DNA of 64,000 nucleotides, taken from assembly GCA_044347345.1 (NCBI GenBank), contig JBIKUX010000001.1, forward strand, positions 32,001-96,000. Direction: 5' to 3'. This DNA comes from Bdellovibrionota bacterium. Its GTDB lineage: Bacteria; Bdellovibrionota_C; UBA2361; JBIKUX01. Each line of letters begins with the position of its first letter. Position 1 is the stretch's first letter. The notes beneath the pieces were generated by a model. The model had not been told where the DNA came from and ran no database searches. It saw only the letters and a program-made list of their open reading frames with translations. The position numbers and the translations under genes are program-made. Shown here one piece after another: positions 18,916 through 28,816 of the stretch.

Positions 18916-19989
18916 TTAAACTAAAACCAATAAAGCGACTATAAGCAGATTTACCATACTTAAAGGTAAAAGAATTTTCCATCCAAGATTCATAAGTTGG
19001 TCATAACGAAATCTTGGTAAAGTCCAACGGATTACTATTTGTAACATACAAAAAAATAAAACTTTCAGCATTAGTACAACGTGACCAATAAGAGCCGTCC
19101 ACCAAGTGCCTAAAGGTAACTCAATAAAAGGAATGTCCCATCCGCCAAAAAATAAAACTACTAACAGAAGAGCAAAAAGAGCTATTTCAGCAAATTCTCC
19201 CAGCCAAAAAAGTAGAAACTTCATACCCGAATATTCAGTAAAATATCCTGCTACAAGCTCCGACTCGCTCTCGGGGAGATCGAATGGACCTCTTTTAGTT
19301 TCCGCCATACCAACAACCAGAAGAATCAGAAACGATAAAGGATTCTGAAATATTCCCCACCAGCCATTTACTTGAGCTGTAACGATTTCGTAAAGGTCTA
19401 GTGAACCATAATTCAAAATAACCGCTACAAAAGTAATCCCCATAGCTAGCTCATAAGATATAATCTGAGCAGCAGCTCGAAGAGACCCGAGCAAAGCAAA
19501 CTTACTATTACTAGTCCATCCGGCAATAATGACCCCGTAAACTGTCACTGAACCCATTGCTAAAATAAACAGCAAACCGGCATCTATCGAAGATACTTGG
19601 GCCCTAATAGTTTTTCCAAATACCGTAAAATCAGGAGCAAGTGGAACTAACGCAAATGCAAGAAATACGGGAAGTACTGAACAAAAAGGACCGAGGCAAT
19701 GAAACCATTGAGACACCCCTTTTGGCAGAAAGTCTTCCTTGGATAAAGCTTTTAGAGCATCACATACCAGAGTATTAATTATACCAAGCCAACCAAAAAT
19801 TCTGAGTAAAGAAAAAACTGGCTTTAAAAAAATGTTATCAGTTGTAAGGTAGGCTCCAGCTCGATTAGCCCCTACCCTATCCTGAATCAACGCTGAGCCT
19901 TTTCGCTCAAACCAAGTACAAAAAGAAGCGAGACCTAGAATAAGTTGCAAAGTGATGCCGACCTTTACCGCAAGGAGTATAAAATCCAT
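18916..19989 (-). CDS. nuoH: NADH-quinone oxidoreductase subunit H
   Basis: ERK..IQDRVG, LRAAAQIISYE, AETKRGPFDLPESESELVAGYFTEYSG, RWTLPRFRYDQLM. Confidence 0.97.
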   Translation of the reverse strand: MDFILLAVKVGITLQLILGLASFCTWFERKGSALIQDRVGANRAGAYLTTDNIFLKPVFSLLRIFGWLGIINTLVCDALKALSKEDFLPKGVSQWFHCLGPFCSVLPVFLAFALVPLAPDFTVFGKTIRAQVSSIDAGLLFILAMGSVTVYGVIIAGWTSNSKFALLGSLRAAAQIISYELAMGITFVAVILNYGSLDLYEIVTAQVNGWWGIFQNPLSFLILLVVGMAETKRGPFDLPESESELVAGYFTEYSGMKFLLFWLGEFAEIALFALLLVVLFFGGWDIPFIELPLGTWWTALIGHVVLMLKVLFFCMLQIVIRWTLPRFRYDQLMNLGWKILLPLSMVNLLIVALLVLV

Positions 19990-20055
19990 TTCAGTGTTGA
20001 TCCTGCTACATTAAAATTATTATTACGAGAAACTTCTTAAACTTCAGAAGCAAAA

Positions 20056-21897
20056 CTACCCCTGATCTTTACTCTCATTACGTGATAAAAGCACCCCCCC
20101 TGCAGATATAGACCGAATCGTTAATCCTGTTAGTCTCGGATCATTTAAAAGAAGTATATTGGTTGCATCTCGCTCCGAGGAGTATTCATTAAGATGCCCC
20201 CCTAACACCGGACATCCATTTGCACTACCCATAGCACTAATCTGTTGCCAAAAAGGCAACACTCCTTTAGGAGCCTTCAAAATAGCCTTAGTATACTGAA
20301 GGCGATTCATTTTATTTATCAATAGACCAGAGCATTCAAGAATTGAACGTATCGGTACCACAGTTCTCACGGAGCGTTTTAACGGATGATTATTATCTGT
20401 GAACCATCCGACGCTTTGCTCGGTTGCTCTTAAACCATCCTCAAGTCGGGGAATAAGGTGAACGGCATCTCCTAAATCCTCCCGGCATGGTAGCGCTCTA
20501 TCACCAAAAGCTACAACTGAAGCAAAACGGCCATTAATGATCCCATCCAAAACCTCTTGGTACCTGGCTTCCAGCCGACCTTCAACTAGCCCAGCGAATA
20601 TAGCTCCACGATAATTAGCGGCATAATCTGGACTAATTAGGATGCTCTCTACTTTTGACAAATTTCTTTCACGATAAGCCAAGGCAATAATGTATGGACT
20701 AGGTAAGGCATTTAAAAGGTGAGAAAGAGCAAAATAATCTTCTAAAAGTAAATCTGGAGAAATGAGTACAGCTAGCGGGCCACTAGATTCACGTAGAGCA
20801 AGAAAACACTCATCGTAAGCGCGCTTTCGCTCGATGGACTTACCATCTTTCTCACAAACAGTCAGACGTGATTCAGGAATAAACCGATGAAAACCATATC
20901 TACCTTCATCACAGAGCCATTCTTTATTTACTGCGTCATTAGCACGAGCCTTAACTTGCACTACTACTCCGTCACGCTCAGCTACCCGTACGTTACAGCC
21001 GGTTGAGCATCCTGTACAAATTGAATCTTCCTGAGATGTAAACCAAATGCGAGTATTGAAACGCCACTCGCGGTGCGTAAGTGCGCCAACTGGACATAAA
21101 TCCACCACAGTTCCTGAGAGAGGGTTATCTAAATTTCGCCCAGGAGCGACAGCAATTACGCTTTTATCACCCCTGTTTAACATTCCAAGTTCAGAAGTTT
21201 GTGTAATTTCATCGCAGAAACGTACACACCTAGTACACATTATGCACCGCTCACCATCAAGAACAACTGTTGGCCCTAACGGTTGTGCTTTAACTTTGTG
21301 CTCCTTCTCTTCAAGAAATCTACTGGGCTCACCATTAAACTCATAATGATAGTCTTGCAACTTACAATGTCCGGATTGGTCACAGACAGTACAATCAAGA
21401 GGATGATTAATAAGGATAAACTCTAAAGTGGCCTTTTGAGCGTTTTCTACCAATTTACTAGTATGGTGAGTTAATACCTCCATACCCTCACGAACTTCAG
21501 TATTACACCCGATCGTAAGTTTGGGGGTTCCTTTGATTTCAACCTGGCACATTCGACAGTTTCCAGCCACTGAGAGATGTGGATGGTAGCAATAATGCGG
21601 TATAGCTACACCGATACTTGCGGCAGCAGCAATTAAATTAGTACCTTTCGGTACAGTAACACTGTTACCATCTATCGTAAGCGTTACAAACCCAACAGAC
21701 GCAATAGCTTCAGCGGATGACGGCGACGAAGATGACGGCGACGAAACTGTCTCCGCTAAGGTAATTTGATTGTTATTAGCAGTCGAATTGCTGTTGGCAG
21801 TACGCCTAGCTGAATCAACCGAACTATCCCCTTTCGAACAATTAGGCTCTATTTCTCTGATAGGCATCTCTGGTGAACTGGCCTCTGTTACTGTCAT
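20056..21897 (-). CDS. nuoG: NADH-quinone oxidoreductase subunit G (low-complexity N-terminal extension, short C-terminal domain)
   Basis: IPHYCYHPHLSVAGNCRMCQVE, NHPLDCTVCDQSGHCKLQD, CIMCTRCVRFC, CPVGAL, CTGCSTGCN, WLCDEGR. Confidence 0.93.
   Translation of the reverse strand: MTVTEASSPEMPIREIEPNCSKGDSSVDSARRTANSNSTANNNQITLAETVSSPSSSSPSSAEAIASVGFVTLTIDGNSVTVPKGTNLIAAAASIGVAIPHYCYHPHLSVAGNCRMCQVEIKGTPKLTIGCNTEVREGMEVLTHHTSKLVENAQKATLEFILINHPLDCTVCDQSGHCKLQDYHYEFNGEPSRFLEEKEHKVKAQPLGPTVVLDGERCIMCTRCVRFCDEITQTSELGMLNRGDKSVIAVAPGRNLDNPLSGTVVDLCPVGALTHREWRFNTRIWFTSQEDSICTGCSTGCNVRVAERDGVVVQVKARANDAVNKEWLCDEGRYGFHRFIPESRLTVCEKDGKSIERKRAYDECFLALRESSGPLAVLISPDLLLEDYFALSHLLNALPSPYIIALAYRERNLSKVESILISPDYAANYRGAIFAGLVEGRLEARYQEVLDGIINGRFASVVAFGDRALPCREDLGDAVHLIPRLEDGLRATEQSVGWFTDNNHPLKRSVRTVVPIRSILECSGLLINKMNRLQYTKAILKAPKGVLPFWQQISAMGSANGCPVLGGHLNEYSSERDATNILLLNDPRLTGLTIRSISAGGVLLSRNESKDQG
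21716..21745. repeat. 15-bp tandem duplication in the nuoG N-terminal extension
   Basis: gatgacggcgacgaa x2 (SSPSS x2). Confidence 0.85.
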
Positions 21898-22002
21898 GAG
21901 AATATCGTTACCGTATATCTGTTAATATAAAAAGTTTTAAAGATTTTCGTAATTTTCATTCTACGCTATTACCTGTACCCAAATTTACATCTTTGCCCTA
22001 AT

Positions 22003-23379
22003 TTACATCTCTGCACTAGTCGTTGTTGCATTACTGCCCATTGCAGCTACACCCGAATCTTTCGACCCTACTCTTTGGTTTATCTTCACTGAAGCTGTAT
22101 TAGCCTTAGATAAACTAGCTTGGCGTATCTTTGACTCAAATTCTTTAGGAAATTTTTGCATGATGCTTAATGCTGGAGTAGCAAGTGCATCACCAAAGGT
22201 ACATATCGTATGCCCTGATATTTGATCACATACATTCTTGATAAGATCTGTATCACCCGGCAAGCCCCGACCAGTAGCAATTCTAGTAAAAATTTTTTCA
22301 ATCCAGTGCCCTCCTTCTCTACACGGAGTGCACTGCCCACAAGATTCATGAGCATAAAAATGGGCTAGATTTCGCGCGACCTCTACCATATCAGTGGTCT
22401 CATCCATAACGATAAAACCCCCTGAGCCTAAAATTGATCCAGCGTTACGCAATGACTCATAGTCCAAACATACTCCTTCAAGCTCATCAGCCCGCAAAAT
22501 TGGCACGGAAGAGCCGCCTGGAATAACGGCTTTGAGAGATTTTCCACCCAACACGCCGCCGCATTCATTTTCTAAAAATGACAAAAGAGGATATCCTAGC
22601 GGAACTTCATATACTCCTGGCCGATTTATATGACCTGATGCACTAAAAAGTTTGGTGCCTTTTGATTTCTCTGTACCAACTTTAGCATACGCCTCTGCAC
22701 CGTGTTTAATAATCCAGGGAAGATTAGCCAGAGTTTCTACATTGTTTACAACAGTCGGACAACCATATAGCCCCGTTACAGCCGGAAAAGGCGGCTTTAG
22801 TCTGGGCTGACCCTTTTTACCTTCTAGAGATTCAATCAATCCCGTCTCTTCACCACAGATATATGCCCCGGCTCCTCGGTGCACTACGATGTTATGAGAA
22901 AATGAAGACCCAAAAACATTATTTCCTAGAATACCAGCAGCATAAGCCTCTTCCACTGCTCTCTTTATTCTAGTGTAGGCAAAACTATATTCACCACGAA
23001 TATAAATGCAGCTCCAATTACTTTGCAGAGCCCACGCAGCAATCACCATTCCTTCTATAATCAAATGAGGATCAAACTCAAGAAGCACCCTATCCTTAAA
23101 AGTACCAGGTTCGCTTTCATCTGCATTGTTAATTAAGTAAACCGGTTTACCGGTATCTCGAGGAACAAAACTCCACTTAACGCCAGTAGGAAACCCTGCT
23201 CCTCCTCTTCCCCTTAATCCAGATTGCTTAACCTCTTCAATGATGGATAGAGGATCAACTGATAAGGCTTTGCGAGCCGCTTCATAGCCACCGGTTTGCT
23301 CATATACCGATAAACAATACTGCTCGGTGTTATGAATGTTTGCTAAGAGTCTCTGAGGATTAGGTACCACTAAACTCAT
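22003..23379 (-). CDS. nuoF: NADH-quinone oxidoreductase subunit F
   Basis: SGLRGRGGAGFPTGVKW, NADESEPGTFKDR, GAGAYICGEET, HESCGQCTPCREG. Confidence 0.97.
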   Translation of the reverse strand: MSLVVPNPQRLLANIHNTEQYCLSVYEQTGGYEAARKALSVDPLSIIEEVKQSGLRGRGGAGFPTGVKWSFVPRDTGKPVYLINNADESEPGTFKDRVLLEFDPHLIIEGMVIAAWALQSNWSCIYIRGEYSFAYTRIKRAVEEAYAAGILGNNVFGSSFSHNIVVHRGAGAYICGEETGLIESLEGKKGQPRLKPPFPAVTGLYGCPTVVNNVETLANLPWIIKHGAEAYAKVGTEKSKGTKLFSASGHINRPGVYEVPLGYPLLSFLENECGGVLGGKSLKAVIPGGSSVPILRADELEGVCLDYESLRNAGSILGSGGFIVMDETTDMVEVARNLAHFYAHESCGQCTPCREGGHWIEKIFTRIATGRGLPGDTDLIKNVCDQISGHTICTFGDALATPALSIMQKFPKEFESKIRQASLSKANTASVKINQRVGSKDSGVAAMGSNATTTSAEM

Positions 23380-23426
23380 AAGGTTATAAATTAACTTTTA
23401 ATCATTTTTTTGCGGTAGTACCGCAG

Positions 23427-23492
23427 TTTTTATCTCCACTGGATTTTTATCTCCACTGGATTTTTATCTCCACTGGATTTTTATCTCCACTG
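23427..23492. repeat. 17-bp tandem repeat x4 in the nuoE-nuoF spacer
   Basis: Unit tttttatctccactgga: three full copies plus one 15-nt copy, no spacers. Confidence 0.95.
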
Positions 23493-23503
23493 ACACCACT
23501 CCT

Positions 23504-24277
23504 TTACGAAGATTTACTGATAACTTCAGAGAATCCATAATGCGATAATCCAGCGCCCAACTCATCTTTAAGTGTCGAAAACCTCAAATCAGGATGATTG
23601 GACTCTATTAAATTCATTAGCTCATCTAATTTCTCAGGTGAAAGATTCTCAAAATACCTATCATTTATCTCACACATCGGTGCTGTACCGCACGAACCAA
23701 GGCACTCTACTTCCTCATAACTCCACAAACCATCAGATGTAACTTCTCTAGGAGCGACCTTACATCGATTTTGAAGATATTTAGTCAGAGCTTTTGCTCC
23801 TCGCAATGAACACGACAGGGTTCTACACACCTGAACATGATACTTACCCACAGGTTTTTTATAGAACATCGTGTAAAATGTTGCCACCTCCATAACTTGC
23901 ACAGGTGGCATCCCTAAACGCTCTGAAACCCAATTAATTGCAGCCGATGAAATAAAGCCGAAATGCTCCTGTGCCAGATATAAGGCAGGCATTACCGCTG
24001 AACGAGTATTAGGATAGCTAGTTAGTAATGCAGTAAGTCGTTGCTCAATATCCGGTGAAAGTTCTAGAATAGATTGATTTTTCACCTTACCACCTTTTGT
24101 ACTAGACGTCCCAACATCTAATTCACCCACATCCGACTCTCTAGCGCTTATCTTCTCACCATACTCTTCTACAGAGTATCTACTTGGACTTTCACTTGTA
24201 GTAAAAGATACAAGTGGTTTATCACTTTCTTCCAAATTAGCAGTTTGTGAGGTATTATCGGTCACACTCCCCCCCAA
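23504..24277 (-). CDS. nuoE: NADH-quinone oxidoreductase subunit E (start uncertain; possible N-terminal extension)
   Basis: EVATFYTMF, VCRTLSCSLRG, VECLGSCGTAP. Alternative GTG start at 24265 overlaps the nuoD end. Confidence 0.93.
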   Translation of the reverse strand: MGGSVTDNTSQTANLEESDKPLVSFTTSESPSRYSVEEYGEKISARESDVGELDVGTSSTKGGKVKNQSILELSPDIEQRLTALLTSYPNTRSAVMPALYLAQEHFGFISSAAINWVSERLGMPPVQVMEVATFYTMFYKKPVGKYHVQVCRTLSCSLRGAKALTKYLQNRCKVAPREVTSDGLWSYEEVECLGSCGTAPMCEINDRYFENLSPEKLDELMNLIESNHPDLRFSTLKDELGAGLSHYGFSEVISKSS

Positions 24278-25502
24278 TCATGTTGATCATCCCAAAAGTC
24301 GGTATTACATCAGCCACTGTATGACCTACGATCATAGTTTTCATTATCCCCATGTGAATAAAGGAAGGAGCTCTTACATGCACCCGATAAGGCCGACCAG
24401 TTCCATCAGAAACAACATAGAACCCTAATTCACCATTTGCACCTTCAACTCCACAATATACGTCCCCTTTAGGAGGCTCAATACCACAGATAACCATCTT
24501 AAAATGGTTAATCATACCGTCAATAGAACCATATGCTTCATCTTTAGGGACGAGAGTGATACGCGGATCCTCTACTGAAAGGGCTCCTTCAGGAAGATTA
24601 GCTATTGCTTGCTCGCATATACGCATTGATTGATTTATCTCCTCAAAGCGCACAATAAACCTATCGTAATTGTCTCCCTTGGAACCTACAGGAACGTCAA
24701 AATCAAATTCCTCATAAGACGAATAAGGAAAATCTTTTCTTAAATCATACTTGACACCAGTAGAGCGCAAAACAGGTCCAGTTAAACTGTAGGCTAATGC
24801 ATCTTTAGCCGATACAACAGCAATATCGCTCATTCGATCAATAAATATTCTGTTTCTAGTAAGCAGGCGGTCACAATTTTTTAAATGAGTGCGAACCTCC
24901 TTAAATGCAGCTAACATTCCTTCTTCAAATCCAGCTGGAAGATCACCCTTTAGACCTCCAATGCGACCGTAAGAAACGGTTAAACGCGCACCGGTGACTG
25001 ATTCAATAAGATCCCATAATTCTTCCCGAGCCTCCATCATGTACAACATGACAGTAAATGCACCAAGCTCCATGGCAGAAGCACCAAGACATGTTAAGTG
25101 GTCACATATCCGCGACAGCTCAGACATCAATACCCTGAGATACTGACACCTCTTTGGCACCGTAATGCCCAATAACTTTTCAATTGTTAAACACCACCCC
25201 ACATTATTAATAATTGGAGAAACATAATTTAGCCGATCGGCGTAGGGCATCACCTGATTGTAATCGACTGTTTCAGTCATTTTCTCAAAACCTCTATGAA
25301 GATACCCAACCTCCACATCAGCGTCGATAATCTGCTCACCAGAAAGCTCAACTACTATCCGCACAGTTCCATGAGTTGCGGGATGAGTAGGACCCATACT
25401 GAGAATCATAGTCTCTGTATGAAGGTCATCGTTAAGTTTTTTGGGTCGACGATGAGTAACTACTCCGCCATAACCGTAGTCAACATTTAAAAGTTCGCTC
25501 AT
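24255..25502 (-). CDS. nuoD: NADH-quinone oxidoreductase subunit D
   Basis: MGPTHPATHG, GYLHRGFEK, DRLNY, GELGFY, C-terminal GECDR. Confidence 0.97.
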   Translation of the reverse strand: MSELLNVDYGYGGVVTHRRPKKLNDDLHTETMILSMGPTHPATHGTVRIVVELSGEQIIDADVEVGYLHRGFEKMTETVDYNQVMPYADRLNYVSPIINNVGWCLTIEKLLGITVPKRCQYLRVLMSELSRICDHLTCLGASAMELGAFTVMLYMMEAREELWDLIESVTGARLTVSYGRIGGLKGDLPAGFEEGMLAAFKEVRTHLKNCDRLLTRNRIFIDRMSDIAVVSAKDALAYSLTGPVLRSTGVKYDLRKDFPYSSYEEFDFDVPVGSKGDNYDRFIVRFEEINQSMRICEQAIANLPEGALSVEDPRITLVPKDEAYGSIDGMINHFKMVICGIEPPKGDVYCGVEGANGELGFYVVSDGTGRPYRVHVRAPSFIHMGIMKTMIVGHTVADVIPTFGMINMIGGECDR

Positions 25503-25504
25503 TG

Positions 25505-26086
25505 TTAACCCTTCCTTGGAGAAATTTGCACCAAGTCTCCCCCTAAACTTGGCCTATGCATATAGCGAGCTGTATTTTCAACTTCTGGATACCTTAACTG
25601 CACTCTCGGCTGCTTTAACTGAACAGGATAATCCTTACGAAGGGGGTGCCCCTTGAATTCATCATACATGAGAATACGAGTAAGATTAGGGTGACCTTCA
25701 AACACTACTCCATACATATCCCAACATTCTCGCTCCATGAAATTAGCCCCAGGCCAGAGAGACACGATTGAAGAAATTGTGGGATTATTTTCGGAAACAC
25801 TCACTTTCACGCGAATAAGCGCAGCTTGCCTACTCGCCGCAAGATGCAAACTCCTCAGGTGGTATACTACTTCAAAACGCTCAGCTGCGGCATCAAGATA
25901 ATCAACAGCTGTTACACTGAGCAAAAGAGTAAACCTTAAAGCTGGGTCGTCTCGCAAAAAAGCAAGCACCTGTTTCAACCCCTCACTGGCTACCCGCACT
26001 TCAAGGTCACCTAAGCTAAGTGATACAATTTGAACATGCTCATGTTGCTTCTGTGAAATATATTCAATAACTTCTTGCGTTAGCAT
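25505..26086 (-). CDS. nuoC: NADH-quinone oxidoreductase subunit C
   Basis: TAVDY, RFEVVYHL, ERECWDMYGVVFEGHPNLTRIL..GHPLRKDYP. Confidence 0.96.
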   Translation of the reverse strand: MLTQEVIEYISQKQHEHVQIVSLSLGDLEVRVASEGLKQVLAFLRDDPALRFTLLLSVTAVDYLDAAAERFEVVYHLRSLHLAASRQAALIRVKVSVSENNPTISSIVSLWPGANFMERECWDMYGVVFEGHPNLTRILMYDEFKGHPLRKDYPVQLKQPRVQLRYPEVENTARYMHRPSLGGDLVQISPRKG

Positions 26087-26242
26087 TTAGCCCTGGCTCC
26101 GCCGATTTTGACTTTTATGAAAATAAAATTTATCCGTGCTGGCTTATCGTACCTAATCCAGTTAAGAAACAACAACACGCAAGATGCTACAATAGACTTG
26201 AGAATAACTCACTAACCGCCTACGATCTAGTCTTTTTCCATT

Positions 26243-28417
26243 TTGATAATGATACCAAACAATCTCTCTGACCAAGCTATCCAAAACACCCAAGAACCTG
26301 AAATTACCTATGATTCAGATATACCAGAAGATGCTAAAAATTTGATTAAACAAGAAGAGCACACGCTAAAACAAACTCTCCAAACTCTTCTTTCGTTACT
26401 TGACCGACATCTTCACCGACGCAACCTAGAAGAATCTAGAGCGCGAGAGCTTACAGCCTCACTAGTAACTGCGAGGCGAGACGAAGATAAACAGCTAATC
26501 GCATCCGATGAAGCTGTCTCACATGCTCTTAAAGAGAAAGCTCGGGATGATATTAAAACTACCAACGCTCTACTCAACAGACCATATTTTGCTCGAGTTA
26601 TATTGGAAGAAGAGGAGGAAAACGGTACTACAAAGACTATTGAATTTAAACTAGGTATCCATTCAAATACCGATGCTCGTATTATTGATTGGCGCCGTGG
26701 TCCACTCGCACGTTTGTATTATAATTACCGTGAAGGCGAGGAATACGGCGAATTTATTCAAGGCCGAGAGAGAACTGGAAAAATAAAATTAAGAAATCAA
26801 CTTGATATACAAAACGGCGATTTAAAGGGGATTATTTGTCGCTATGGCCGATTAACAAAAACCGGCCATAGCTGGAAACAAGCGATCACTCAGAGAATAT
26901 CAAGGCGATACGATCAATTACCTGATATTCTATCTTTAATTTCACCAGAGCAATTTGATTCAATTACAACTGAAGCTAATACAGCAGTGCTTGTTCAAGG
27001 AATTGCTGGTTCAGGTAAAACGAGTGTAGCACTTCATCGCCTTTCATGGCTTCTTCATGAGGGAAACTCACCACTTCAACCAGCTGATTGCGCAATAGTG
27101 GTGGTAAGTAGAGCGTTAAAGGAATACATTAAAAATTCCCTTCATCACCTTCAAATCTCTGGTGTTCACACTTTTACTCTCATTGAGTGGTGTAATGAGT
27201 GCCTACCGTGTCGACCACTGAGAAGTGACTCTCCATTGGTTTACGCGAGAGACAAGCTTCCAAGAACTTTAGCTAGATTAAAAGCTTCAGACGCTTTACT
27301 CGCCTCAATAGAATTAATTTTTAAGACCAAAAATCAATCTATACTAACTAATGGATTTAGTAGCGACTCGTTAGATGCGTTTGAACAATACATAAATATC
27401 TGCAAGTTAGTTCTTGAATGTCCAGGCGAACTTACTGCCAATGACTCTACTAAACTGATAGATGAAGAAAGCATAAATCATCTTAAAGAATATCTCTCTC
27501 ATCAGCTTACTCAGGGAGATATCGACAGATATGACTTAGCTCTCATGGTTAGAATACAACAGCTCACCGCTGGTAGCATTCGAATTCCTCCGCAAGATAG
27601 TGCCCTAGGCTCCTCTTCCGCTCATGTTTCAGAAAACAAGTCTCGATTCGGTAAATATGGTCACTTAATTGCAGATGAAGTGCAAGATTTGAGTGCAGTT
27701 GAACTTGCAGCACTCGCCGGAGCTGTACCATCAGTAAGAGATTTAACTCTTGTAGGAGATACAGCCCAAGCTATCACCACTTCTCATTCATTTCCTGGAT
27801 GGACAAATCTTATGTCCCGATGGAATTTAACCGATGAAAGTTCTAGATTTATACTTCTAACAATCTCACATCGCTCAACAGCGCCAATCATGAGATTAGC
27901 TCAGTATGTTTCAACTGGTTCCATACATCTAGCGCAACAAATCAAAGGTAGAGAAGGACGTGTTCCTATTTTTTTCCAATCTCGTGAGGAATCTCGGGCT
28001 ATACACGCAGCTATTGCGTGGCTTAAAAAAGCCCTGGAGCGTTATCCCACCGCTATTACCGCTGTTTTATGTCGTAACATCAGCGAAGCCAAACAAACCT
28101 TCTCTCTTTTAAGACCAACGTTTGGCGATACAGTCAGATTAGGTAACGATGATGACTGTTCTCTGGAGGAGGGTCTTTTAGTCGCACCAGTTGGAGATGT
28201 AAAAGGCCTTGAGTTTACCAATGTCCTTGTATGGAATCCAACTCAGTCCAGTTACTCTACAACAGATGAAGAGAGAAATCTGTTGTACGTTGCGCTCACT
28301 CGTGCAGAAGAAAATCTTGCATTAGTTTCGTGGCGTCGCCCCGCAAAACATCTTCCCCAGTTGGATAGCCCTTTTGTGCGTGGCATCAGTCTTGATGCAG
28401 ATGAGGAGGAAGTATAA
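26243..28417 (+). CDS. HelD-like SF1 helicase/ATPase (RNA polymerase recycling factor family)
   Basis: N-terminal PYFAR ... IIDWRRGPLARLYY, Walker A VQGIAGSGKTSVALHR, DEVQD, VGDTAQ, KGLEF, LYVALTRA. Start is uncertain (TTG 26243 or ATG 26249). Confidence 0.8.
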   Translation: MIMIPNNLSDQAIQNTQEPEITYDSDIPEDAKNLIKQEEHTLKQTLQTLLSLLDRHLHRRNLEESRARELTASLVTARRDEDKQLIASDEAVSHALKEKARDDIKTTNALLNRPYFARVILEEEEENGTTKTIEFKLGIHSNTDARIIDWRRGPLARLYYNYREGEEYGEFIQGRERTGKIKLRNQLDIQNGDLKGIICRYGRLTKTGHSWKQAITQRISRRYDQLPDILSLISPEQFDSITTEANTAVLVQGIAGSGKTSVALHRLSWLLHEGNSPLQPADCAIVVVSRALKEYIKNSLHHLQISGVHTFTLIEWCNECLPCRPLRSDSPLVYARDKLPRTLARLKASDALLASIELIFKTKNQSILTNGFSSDSLDAFEQYINICKLVLECPGELTANDSTKLIDEESINHLKEYLSHQLTQGDIDRYDLALMVRIQQLTAGSIRIPPQDSALGSSSAHVSENKSRFGKYGHLIADEVQDLSAVELAALAGAVPSVRDLTLVGDTAQAITTSHSFPGWTNLMSRWNLTDESSRFILLTISHRSTAPIMRLAQYVSTGSIHLAQQIKGREGRVPIFFQSREESRAIHAAIAWLKKALERYPTAITAVLCRNISEAKQTFSLLRPTFGDTVRLGNDDDCSLEEGLLVAPVGDVKGLEFTNVLVWNPTQSSYSTTDEERNLLYVALTRAEENLALVSWRRPAKHLPQLDSPFVRGISLDADEEEV

Positions 28418-28469
28418 GTCTTGGTAGAATTTTAAAAGTTTCAAACGTCAACTGAGTAAACGGCTTTTT

Positions 28470-28790
28470 ATGTTTAAACATAAACGCAAACCAAAAAATC
28501 TTGATATTGATGTCTCTGTATTAAGTACACTTTTAAGTGTTCCAGAGCTTAATCAAAACTGTGATCAAGCTAATAGCCTCCAGTATAACAATCATGAGTC
28601 TCACAATCACAGCGAAACAGCTAAACGGCAAAGTGTTAAATTTTTATCAGTAGAAGAACTAAAGATTAAATTTCCAAAACTCAATCTTCCTAAAGATACC
28701 GAAGGTGGTTGGATTACAGAAAGTGGTGATAGAATTTTTTTGGTAGTTGGAGGTATACACCACCTTACTACTCCGGTCTTAACCAATTAA
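28470..28790 (+). CDS. Small hypothetical protein, possibly Trm112-like
   Basis: LLSVP near the N-terminus and GGWITESGDRIFLVVGGIHHL at the C-terminus resemble the Trm112-like pattern (L.CP ... YPI.DGIP.L). Weak. Confidence 0.4.
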   Translation: MFKHKRKPKNLDIDVSVLSTLLSVPELNQNCDQANSLQYNNHESHNHSETAKRQSVKFLSVEELKIKFPKLNLPKDTEGGWITESGDRIFLVVGGIHHLTTPVLTN

Positions 28791-28816
28791 TAGCCAATTA
28801 AAATTAAGTTCCCTCG

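Noticed and set aside
23427-23492. Possible CRISPR array
   Set aside because: 17-bp units are directly adjacent with no spacers, and no cas genes are in the window.
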